The notes beneath the pieces were generated by a model, which worked only from the letters and a program-made list of their open reading frames with translations, was not told where the DNA came from and searched no databases. 27,704 nucleotides of DNA from Gammaproteobacteria bacterium (GTDB taxonomy: Bacteria > Pseudomonadota > Gammaproteobacteria > Magnimaribacterales > TMED112), in the NCBI GenBank assembly GCA_042090165.1, contig JBELJV010000004.1, forward strand, positions 1 through 27,704, given 5' to 3'. This document shows, piece after piece, positions 15,844 through 23,864 of this stretch. The translations under genes were made by a program, and so were the position numbers. The first letter of the stretch is position 1, and the number at the start of each line of letters is the position of its first letter.

Positions 15844-17540
15844 TGAGAATTTTTTTAACACTATTATTTGCTTCGATGGTTCATGCTCAAGCAAGCTTGA
15901 TAGATTATGATCATCCATATCATTCAACATACACCAGTAAAGGGATAGTGGTTTCACAGAACTATCTTTCCTCTGATATAGGTGTTGAAATACTTGATCA
16001 AGGTGGCAATGCTATAGATGCAGCAGTTGCCGTTGGTTTCTCGCTTGCAGCCACATTGCCAAGGGCAGGAAATATTGGTGGCGGTGGTTTTATGCAGATT
16101 TATATTGAAAAAGATAAGACAATCTTATCGATAGATTTCCGCTCCACTGCTCCGGCACTAGCAACAGGTGAATTCTACCAAGAACTTAAATCACAAGATG
16201 ATGATGTTACAAGAAAAGGTTACAAGGCAATTGCCGTACCAGGAACAATTGCTGGCCTTTATAAAGCTCATGAACTTTATGGATCACTACCAATGGAAAC
16301 ATTGCTTCAACCAACCATTGATCTTTTAACTGAAGGTGTCCCTATGACACAAGATCTGTACCACGCTATTAACATTGGAAAATATATTAGTGATGATCCT
16401 GAATCGCATAAAATTTATAAAAAGAATTTAGAGCCTAATGTACCATTATTCATTGAGGACCTAAAACAAACATTTATAAAACTTCAAAAATTTGGGCAGG
16501 ATGTTTTTTATCGTGGAGAAATAGCTGATCTAATAGAGAAGGAGATGCTCAAAAACAATGGTTTGATAAGAAAATCCGATTTAGAAAACTATAAAGTCAA
16601 TATCACCCAACCCATCAAAACAACATATAGAGATAAGCAGATTTTCGCCATAGGAGCCCCATCTGGTGGCGGAGTGGTAATACTCACAGCTTTGAATGTG
16701 TTGGAAAACTTTCAATTGAGTGGGCTGGCTCCCAATTCAGCGAGAACATATCACCTTCTTTCAGAGGCATTAAAGTATGGTCATCACAATAGATCAAAAT
16801 TTGTTGGCGATCCAGGGTATTTCAATGTTCCCTACGATATCTTGCTGTCAAAAAAACTGGCAAAAGAAAAGGCAAAGAAAATTAGTCTAACTTCTGCAAC
16901 AAATCCTAAAACTATCAATAAAAATGGAGATCGAATTAACTCTACTTATGAAGAATCAAAAGATACAACTCATTATTCTGTAGTGGATAAAGATGGTAAT
17001 GGCGTATCTGTTACCTACACTCTTGGTTATTCCTTTGGTTCTGGTGTAACAATTCCAGGCACAGGAATGCTTACTAATAACCAAATGAATAATTTTGCCC
17101 ATAGCTATGGGTTGATTGATTCTTATTTTAGAAGTTCCTCTCCAGCGAATAAGTTAGAACCAAGTAAACGACCAATGAGCACAATGACACCAGTCATGGT
17201 TTTCGACAGGGAAGGCAGGTTAGAACTAATAACAGGATCACCAGGAGGATCACAAATACCAGGCGTTGTTTTTCAAGTTCTTGTAAATTACATTGATTTT
17301 GATTTGGACATTGGTGAAGCCTCCATGCTTCCACGTATTCATCAAGACTCTCAAAGCACTGAGCTTAATTTTGAAAAGCATATGAGCAGAGATACACAAC
17401 GTATACTAGAGTCTTATGGTCATAACTTAGAGTTATCGGATACTATGGGAAGTACTCAAAGCATAGCTATCATTGATGGTGTAAGGTTTGGGTACGCTGA
17501 TCTAAGAAGACCAAACGCAAGAGTTAGTGTTCAGAAATAG
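15843..17540 (+). CDS. ggt: Periplasmic gamma-glutamyltransferase-family Ntn hydrolase with an atypical acyl pocket
   Basis: Signal peptide, GGNAIDAAVA, GNIGGGGF, IDFR, autocleavage site D/TTHYS (Thr375), GSPGGSQI. TGATG overlap with the DASS stop. Confidence 0.9.
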   Translation: MRIFLTLLFASMVHAQASLIDYDHPYHSTYTSKGIVVSQNYLSSDIGVEILDQGGNAIDAAVAVGFSLAATLPRAGNIGGGGFMQIYIEKDKTILSIDFRSTAPALATGEFYQELKSQDDDVTRKGYKAIAVPGTIAGLYKAHELYGSLPMETLLQPTIDLLTEGVPMTQDLYHAINIGKYISDDPESHKIYKKNLEPNVPLFIEDLKQTFIKLQKFGQDVFYRGEIADLIEKEMLKNNGLIRKSDLENYKVNITQPIKTTYRDKQIFAIGAPSGGGVVILTALNVLENFQLSGLAPNSARTYHLLSEALKYGHHNRSKFVGDPGYFNVPYDILLSKKLAKEKAKKISLTSATNPKTINKNGDRINSTYEESKDTTHYSVVDKDGNGVSVTYTLGYSFGSGVTIPGTGMLTNNQMNNFAHSYGLIDSYFRSSSPANKLEPSKRPMSTMTPVMVFDREGRLELITGSPGGSQIPGVVFQVLVNYIDFDLDIGEASMLPRIHQDSQSTELNFEKHMSRDTQRILESYGHNLELSDTMGSTQSIAIIDGVRFGYADLRRPNARVSVQK

Positions 17541-18918
17541 TTTTTAAAGCTTTCTGCAGTCTTTCAATAACTAATTCCTTTTTTATTAGATAGAGAGTAG
17601 CATCAAGGTTTGGTGATTTAGCTCGACCAATCAACGCTACTCTTAACGGTAAGCCAATTTTTGGCATAGGCAGCTGCAGCTCTTCTTTAGCCTGCTCAAT
17701 AAGTTTAGCCAAATTATCAACTGTCCACTCTTCTTGGTTAGATAAATTTGAAATAAAGAAATTAAGTACTGTTTCGCTGCCAAGCAGATGTTTTTCAAAA
17801 TCTTTTTCATCATAATTTTGAAAATCTACTATAAAGGGCTTAATGAAGTTTGAAATTTCAGTTAGATTATTGCCACTTCCAATACACAACCTTACTAATT
17901 TTTCTGGATCATGATGAGCATCAAGAGCAAATCTATTCTCATCATTAAAAGGCTTAATTTCTTCTAAAAGTTCTTTATCGCTAAGTTTAGTAATGTAATT
18001 TTGATTAATAAAATTTAATCTTTCTATATCAAACACGGCGCCAGATCTTTGAATGTCCATAAGCTCTAAATTTTCCACCAAGAAATCCATTGAAAATATA
18101 TCTTTTTCTGTCTTTGACCAACCGAGTCTGGCTAGCATATTCAATATTGCATCAGGTAGATAACCTAACTTTTTATAGACCATCAAATCTGTCGCTGCAT
18201 TTCTTTTAGACAGTCTTTTTTTATCTTCGCCCAAGACTAACGGTAGGTGTGCGTAATTGAATCCATCATATCCTAGTGCGTTTATAATTTGAATTTGTCT
18301 AGGTGTATTTGGTAGATGGTCCTCACCTCTAATAATATTAGTAACACCTTGTGCATTATCATCAATAACATTACACAAGTGGTAGGTTGGTGTTCTATTT
18401 GATCTTTGAATAATCAAATCATCAAGCTCTTTGTTAAGAAACTCAATCTTTCCATAGACTGCATCATCTAAGATAGTTGACCCCTCTGTTGGTGTTTTAA
18501 GTCTTACGACTGTTTTCTCATCAGTAATGCCTTTATCGCGGCACAAACCATCATACATAGGCTTTAAACCTTTAGATTCTTGTTCTTTTCGCAGAGCATC
18601 TAATCTCTCTGGACTACATGAACATCGGTAAGCCTTACCGCCTGAAAGTAGTCTATCAATTTCTTGTTTATATAATTCTGATCTTTGACTTTGAAATGTA
18701 GGACTGCCATCAAATGTTAATCCTAGCCAATTTAAACCTTCAATAATTGCATCGGTATATTTGGCATTGGATCTTTCTTGGTCAGTATCTTCTACACGTA
18801 GTAAAAAATCCCCTAAGTGTTTCTTAGCAAAGATATAATTGAATAAAGCAGTTCGCACTCCGCCAATGTGAAGGTGGCCTGTTGGACTTGGTGCAAATCT
18901 TGTTACTACCTTTTTCAT
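17524..18918 (-). CDS. gltX: Glutamyl-tRNA synthetase
   Basis: TRFAPSPTGHLHIGG (HIGH), IRGEDH, KKRLSKR (KMSKS-like), CSC...YDGLC zinc region. ATG 18918 forms a TAATG overlap with the dnaQ stop. Confidence 0.96.
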   Translation of the reverse strand: MKKVVTRFAPSPTGHLHIGGVRTALFNYIFAKKHLGDFLLRVEDTDQERSNAKYTDAIIEGLNWLGLTFDGSPTFQSQRSELYKQEIDRLLSGGKAYRCSCSPERLDALRKEQESKGLKPMYDGLCRDKGITDEKTVVRLKTPTEGSTILDDAVYGKIEFLNKELDDLIIQRSNRTPTYHLCNVIDDNAQGVTNIIRGEDHLPNTPRQIQIINALGYDGFNYAHLPLVLGEDKKRLSKRNAATDLMVYKKLGYLPDAILNMLARLGWSKTEKDIFSMDFLVENLELMDIQRSGAVFDIERLNFINQNYITKLSDKELLEEIKPFNDENRFALDAHHDPEKLVRLCIGSGNNLTEISNFIKPFIVDFQNYDEKDFEKHLLGSETVLNFFISNLSNQEEWTVDNLAKLIEQAKEELQLPMPKIGLPLRVALIGRAKSPNLDATLYLIKKELVIERLQKALKTISEH

Positions 18919-19619
18919 TACCAAGAAATTTCCTTATTTGTTTTTTGGTTAAGTTTTTTTAGAAATTTTTTATGCTTCTGGACATCATTTTCTTCAGCGA
19001 TAAATTTTTTGAACTTAATCTCTTTCAAGTCTTCCTCATTTATTTGTAAATTCTGTATTATTGAATTTTTTTGACTAAGATCGAAGGTTACTTGCCCACC
19101 AGTCAAGTTAAGATATGTGTCGGCAAGTATTTGCGCATCCAGCAGAGCTCCATGATATGTTCGATCATAACCAGAAATTCCCAATCTAGCCGATAATGCG
19201 TTTAAATTGTTGCGTTGCCCAGGAAACATGCTCTGAGCAGTTGTTAATGTATCATAAACTGTGCAGATATCTCGAATATCTTTTACTTCATGATTGGCAA
19301 GTTTAAGTTCGTTATTAAGAAAACCAACATCAAAATCTGCATTATGAATAACTAGTTCTGCTCCTTTTACAAAATTTAAAAAATCATCAGCGATGTCTTT
19401 AAATTTTGGTTTATCTTTTAATTGCTCATTGGTAATGCCTGTAATTTCTTGAGCTTTTTGACTTATTTCTCTGTCATCAGGGTTTAGATAAGTCTGAAAT
19501 TCTTCGCCTGTTTTATTTCTATCAAGTATTTCAACAGCACCTAACTCTATGACACGATCCCCAGTTGCAAAATCTAGTCCTGTTGTCTCTGTATCAAAAG
19601 AAATAATCCTAGCTGGCAT
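18918..19619 (-). CDS. dnaQ: DNA polymerase III epsilon subunit
   Basis: Exo I FDTETTG, Exo II HNADFD, Exo III HGALLDA. ATG 19619 preferred over the track's TTG 19631. Confidence 0.94.
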   Translation of the reverse strand: MPARIISFDTETTGLDFATGDRVIELGAVEILDRNKTGEEFQTYLNPDDREISQKAQEITGITNEQLKDKPKFKDIADDFLNFVKGAELVIHNADFDVGFLNNELKLANHEVKDIRDICTVYDTLTTAQSMFPGQRNNLNALSARLGISGYDRTYHGALLDAQILADTYLNLTGGQVTFDLSQKNSIIQNLQINEEDLKEIKFKKFIAEENDVQKHKKFLKKLNQKTNKEISW

Positions 19620-20043
19620 TTTCGACTCCAAGATTTGCTAAATAATCTGCGCGTTCATTGCCTGGATCACCATCATGCCCCTTTACCCAATGCCAATTTA
19701 CATCCATAACTGATGAAAGTTCTGAAATTTCAATCCACAAATCTTTGTTGGCAACTTGTTTTTTTGATGTGGTTCTCCAATTATTCTTTTTCCAATTAAA
19801 GATCCATTCAGTAATGCCTTGTCTTAAATAATTTGAGTCAGTATAAAGATCTATTGCCTGGTTTGTTTTTCTGAGGTACTTTAGAGCTTCTATGGCTGCC
19901 TGCATCTCCATTTGATTATTTGTTGTATTTGGTTTTCCATCAAAAAGCTCTATCTCTTTTGAATCTAGAATAATGTATGCACCCCATCCGCCAGGACCTG
20001 GGTTACCTTTACAAGCACCATCTGTATATACTTTAATAGACAT
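19609..20043 (-). CDS. rnhA: Ribonuclease HI
   Basis: YTDGACKGNPGPGGW, TNNQME, TDSNY, WVKGH, GNERAD. Confidence 0.96.
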   Translation of the reverse strand: MSIKVYTDGACKGNPGPGGWGAYIILDSKEIELFDGKPNTTNNQMEMQAAIEALKYLRKTNQAIDLYTDSNYLRQGITEWIFNWKKNNWRTTSKKQVANKDLWIEISELSSVMDVNWHWVKGHDGDPGNERADYLANLGVENAS

Positions 20044-20052
20044 TAAGTTTTA

Positions 20053-20058
20053 ATTATA
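20053..20058 (-). promoter_or_regulatory. -10 box TATAAT 9 nt before the rnhA ATG, inside a 20-bp divergent spacer
   Basis: Perfect hexamer on the minus strand, no SD. Confidence 0.5.
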
Positions 20059-20063
20059 AAGTA

Positions 20064-20795
20064 ATGAAGATAGATCACATACATGCTTTTACAGATAATT
20101 ACATTTGGGTTATTAGAAATAAGACTCAAGTCACACTTGTAGACCCTGGTGATCCTGCTCCTGTCCTAAAATTTTTACATGAAAATGACCTAAACCTCCA
20201 AGACATTCTTATTACACATCATCATTGGGATCACATAGGTGGTATTAATCAGCTAAAACCAGTATGTCAGGGCAAAATTTATGGGCCGGATAATCCTAAT
20301 ATAAAAGGTATAGATATTATTTTAAAACAAGATGATAAACTCTCTACTTTGGACGTTAGTTTTGAGGTAATTGAAACACCAGGACATACTCTTGATCATA
20401 TTGCCTTCTATGCTGAGGAAAAGTCTTTAGTTTTTTGTGGCGATACTCTTTTTTCAGGAGGTTGTGGAAGAATGTTTGAAGGTACTTATGATCAGCTTTG
20501 CAATTCACTGCAAAAATTAGCTAATTTACCTGATGAAACTTTTGTTTACTGCACTCATGAATACACGGTAAAAAATTTAGAATTTGTTAGATCAATCATT
20601 AGTGATGACGATGTAGATAATTATTACAGGATCTCACAAAATAAAAGAAATAAAAATGAGCCAACTTTGCCCTCCAGCATTGGTCTTGAAAAAATAATAA
20701 ATCCTTTCTTACTGCACAAGATACCTGATAATCTTAAAAGCCTATCTCGAGTAGATTGCTTTCGAGAATTAAGAATCGCGAAAGATAATTTTTAA
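20064..20795 (+). CDS. gloB: Hydroxyacylglutathione hydrolase (glyoxalase II)
   Basis: DNYIW, THHHWDHIGG, TPGHTLDH, FCGDTLFSGGCGR, HEYT. Confidence 0.94.
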   Translation: MKIDHIHAFTDNYIWVIRNKTQVTLVDPGDPAPVLKFLHENDLNLQDILITHHHWDHIGGINQLKPVCQGKIYGPDNPNIKGIDIILKQDDKLSTLDVSFEVIETPGHTLDHIAFYAEEKSLVFCGDTLFSGGCGRMFEGTYDQLCNSLQKLANLPDETFVYCTHEYTVKNLEFVRSIISDDDVDNYYRISQNKRNKNEPTLPSSIGLEKIINPFLLHKIPDNLKSLSRVDCFRELRIAKDNF

Positions 20796-20804
20796 AAATT
20801 GCAC

Positions 20805-20810
20805 TATAAT
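20805..20810 (+). promoter_or_regulatory. -10 box TATAAT 8 nt before the fabI ATG
   Basis: Perfect hexamer in the 23-bp gloB-fabI gap, no SD. Confidence 0.5.
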
Positions 20811-20818
20811 TCAAAAAA

Positions 20819-21595
20819 ATGGTTAAAAATAGAAAAATTCTAATTGTTGGGCTGGCGAATAAATATTCAATTGCAGCGGCAATCTCACAATCACTTTCAG
20901 AAAACGGTGCAACTTTGGGCTTCAGTTATCAAAACGAGAGGTTCGAGACATTCATTAATGAATTTTCAAAAAAAAATAATGGTGTATTTACAGAAATTTG
21001 CGATGTAACCAAAGACATTAATATTGAATCATTGATTAAAAGAGCTGTCGATGAGTGGGGAGAGATAGATGGACTTGTTCATTCTGTAGGTTTTGCTCCT
21101 GCAGATCAGATATCAGGAAATATTGAAGACTCCATAACACGTAAAGGCTTTGCCATTACACATGACGTAAGTGCATATAGTTTTGCCGGATTAGTCAAAG
21201 AAGCTTACCCATATATGAGTGATAATTCATCCATCATTACACTTACTTACATTGGATCGCAACAAGCCACACCAAACTACAATGTTATGGGTATGGCAAA
21301 GGCAAGTTTAGAGGCAAGTGTAAGATATTTTGCAGCCACCTTAGGGTCGAAAGGTATACGAGTGAACTCAATATCTGCAGGACCAATAAAAACACTAGCT
21401 GCATCTGGAATCAAGGGCTTTAAAGCCATGCTTAAGCAACATGGTACAAACACCCCTCTTTCCCGCAACATCACTGCAAGAGAAGTTGGTGATACAGCAA
21501 CATTTCTACTGAGCGATATGGCTGGGGGAATTACTGGCCAAACAATATACGTTGATGGTGGTTACAATATACAAGCTACGAACTCAGAGCAGTAA
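20819..21595 (+). CDS. fabI: Enoyl-ACP reductase
   Basis: GLANKYSIA, HSVGFAP, YNVMGMAKASLE (catalytic Y/K), RVNSISAGPIKTLAA, VDGG. Confidence 0.95.
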   Translation: MVKNRKILIVGLANKYSIAAAISQSLSENGATLGFSYQNERFETFINEFSKKNNGVFTEICDVTKDINIESLIKRAVDEWGEIDGLVHSVGFAPADQISGNIEDSITRKGFAITHDVSAYSFAGLVKEAYPYMSDNSSIITLTYIGSQQATPNYNVMGMAKASLEASVRYFAATLGSKGIRVNSISAGPIKTLAASGIKGFKAMLKQHGTNTPLSRNITAREVGDTATFLLSDMAGGITGQTIYVDGGYNIQATNSEQ

Positions 21596-23444
21596 ATTGA
21601 TTATTAAGAATCAATTTATTATCTAAGTCGTATTCCTTTCGTAATTTATTAATTGCTGTTTGCAGCAGGTTTCTTTTTGTTTCTTCATTTATAAACAGTT
21701 TATCCTCATTAGACACTTTGGAAATGTCTCCTTTAGTTCTGCTTACAACTTTATAAAACAAAATGCCATCATTTGTTACTTCTTTCAAAGTGACCCCAGT
21801 TTCATATTCATTAAAAAGAATGTTAATTAAATCTGATTTAAGCAGTGATGTAGATCTATTAATATTTTTAAACTCATCTACTGTAACGTTGTAAAGTGGA
21901 AATATTTCCTCTAAAGATTTAGCTTCAAGAACAAATTCCTCTTCACTAGCAAATAAATCATCCAGATAACTGCCTTTTTTTATATCTACTAAACTATCTA
22001 TTATTAAACTTTGAACGCTTGCTAATTCCTCAGCTGATTGGGCAATAACATCATAAACGTACGCAAAAGCAAACTCATCATTGCTCAGTTCTATAGCTTG
22101 TGACCAGCTTCCTATTTGTGAATCAAATATTGCTTGAGGGTCTGCAAAAATAAAATTTGTTTGAGAAATGTTTTGGTTTTCATAATTCTCAAGTGAAAGT
22201 GAGAATAATTCAGCAGTATCAGCAACCTCTTCAAAGTTATAGGCTTGTCCACCTATCGCGCTATTGATCTCTGAAATTTTTGCTTCAAATGCAATTTGCT
22301 TTAACTCATCTTTAAGTTCTGATCTTTTGTCTTCAAAACTTTCTATGCCTACTGCATCAAGCTCTGTAACTTTTAGAAAGTGGATATTACCGTCAAATGG
22401 GATTGCCTCTGAGACATCTCCAATATTTAAACCTGCTATAACTTTTTCAAACTCAGCAGGGAATATGTTTCCATTTGTAAACCCAAGGTCGCCATTTAAA
22501 TCTTTAGTTACTAAATCATCAGAAAAACTAGCGACAAGCTGATCAAAATTTGTAACTGTTAAAAGATCTTCAACTTCTGCCCTTCGGAATAAAAATTCTT
22601 CTTTACTATCATAGTTATCTCTAATTAACATGATATGAGAGACCCTTTTCTCTGGTACAGGTAAATTTTCTAAATACAAGTTGTATGCACTGTACAACTC
22701 TTCATCTGATACGTCTAGATCCAAATTATTTAAGTTTGCTTTAGCAATAAAGAAGGATCTTTTTTCAGGAATTGCATAGTTATTAAGATTGGAGTTATAG
22801 AAGGACTCTATCTCTTCATCAGTTGGAACAAAATCTGTCACTACATTTTCTGTTGTTACCTCTGCAAATTTAACAGTCCTTCTCTCAGTTAGTAAATCCA
22901 AATACTGTTCTTCAGATTTCTCATAAGAATTTGCTGTAGCACTTAAAAAAGATATTGCTAGATTAACTTTTATATTGGTTTTGTAATCACTGACCAAGTC
23001 TTCTTTGGACAAATTAAAGTTTACTAGATAATTTTTGAACAACTCTTGGTTAAATTCACCGTCTGCCCTAAACACATCTAATTTTGATAATTCTGTTTCT
23101 ACGAATGTATCAGGAACAATTATTTTAAACTCATCTAAAAAATTAATTATTGTATATTTTTCTATTAAGGAGTTATTGGTAAGGTTTTGTACAGCATCTA
23201 CTATAGAGGAGTCTGATAAATCTAGATCCTGTCCAAATTGATCTCTAAGATTCTGTTCTACTTGTCCTTTTGCTCTGAAGTATTCATTTTGGGATATTTC
23301 ATAATCTCCAAGTTTTGCATAGTTGTTTACGCTTAATGTTTGAGTAAAAGTGGGGAGCCCCAGGAACGCAAAGGTCAGGGCAACGATGACTAGAAAAGAA
23401 AAAGCTACAATTCCTTGTAGCTTCCCCCGTAAGAAACTGATCAC
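21576..23444 (-). CDS. ppiD: Membrane-anchored periplasmic chaperone/parvulin PpiD
   Basis: GTG start, N-terminal TM anchor, SurA-like region, parvulin-like SHIML...GDLGF...EFEKV segment. Canonical position after hupB. Confidence 0.85.
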   Translation of the reverse strand: MISFLRGKLQGIVAFSFLVIVALTFAFLGLPTFTQTLSVNNYAKLGDYEISQNEYFRAKGQVEQNLRDQFGQDLDLSDSSIVDAVQNLTNNSLIEKYTIINFLDEFKIIVPDTFVETELSKLDVFRADGEFNQELFKNYLVNFNLSKEDLVSDYKTNIKVNLAISFLSATANSYEKSEEQYLDLLTERRTVKFAEVTTENVVTDFVPTDEEIESFYNSNLNNYAIPEKRSFFIAKANLNNLDLDVSDEELYSAYNLYLENLPVPEKRVSHIMLIRDNYDSKEEFLFRRAEVEDLLTVTNFDQLVASFSDDLVTKDLNGDLGFTNGNIFPAEFEKVIAGLNIGDVSEAIPFDGNIHFLKVTELDAVGIESFEDKRSELKDELKQIAFEAKISEINSAIGGQAYNFEEVADTAELFSLSLENYENQNISQTNFIFADPQAIFDSQIGSWSQAIELSNDEFAFAYVYDVIAQSAEELASVQSLIIDSLVDIKKGSYLDDLFASEEEFVLEAKSLEEIFPLYNVTVDEFKNINRSTSLLKSDLINILFNEYETGVTLKEVTNDGILFYKVVSRTKGDISKVSNEDKLFINEETKRNLLQTAINKLRKEYDLDNKLILNNQFTALSS

Positions 23445-23454
23445 TCAGTTAATC

Positions 23455-23730
23455 TTAGTTTACTGCAGCTTTTAATGCTTTTCCGGCTTTAAAACCAGGT
23501 ACATTAGCTGCTGGTATTTGAATTTTCTGTGATGGGTTTTGCGGGTTGATACCTTCTCTAGCAGCTCTGTGTCTTACAGAAAAAGTTCCAAATCCTACAA
23601 GTGAAACAGAATCACCTTTAGCAAGTGCGCCTGTCACAGCATCTACAAATGCATCTAATGCTTTAGCAGCATCAACTTTTGTGCTACCAGTCTCGCTGGC
23701 AACTACGTCAATTAAATCAGCCTTATTCAT
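23455..23730 (-). CDS. hupB: DNA-binding protein HU (beta type)
   Basis: MNKADLID, VSLVGFGTFSV, PGFKAGKALK. SD GAGGAGA. Follows lon. Confidence 0.95.
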   Translation of the reverse strand: MNKADLIDVVASETGSTKVDAAKALDAFVDAVTGALAKGDSVSLVGFGTFSVRHRAAREGINPQNPSQKIQIPAANVPGFKAGKALKAAVN

Positions 23731-23768
23731 AAGTTCTCCTCAAATGCCTTGTTTCAGGCGTTTAACTA

Positions 23769-23797
23769 ACATTAGACCCTAAAAATCAATAAATCAA
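23769..23797 (-). promoter_or_regulatory. Sigma70-like hupB promoter TTGATT-17-TAATGT
   Basis: -35 at 23797-23792, 17-nt spacer, -10 at 23774-23769. The leader has a small GCCT/AGGC hairpin and a strong SD. Confidence 0.65.
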
Positions 23798-23864
23798 GAT
23801 TTAGTTATCAAATAAATGAACTTTTATTAAACTCGTTTTTCTTGACAAAATGACTGATTATGGG

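Noticed and set aside
6357-20795. Apparent glutamate/glutathione theme (rimK, ggt, gltX, gloB)
   Set aside because: gloB and gltX are explained by core synteny with rnhA/dnaQ and the tRNA, and the GGT pocket argues against glutathione.
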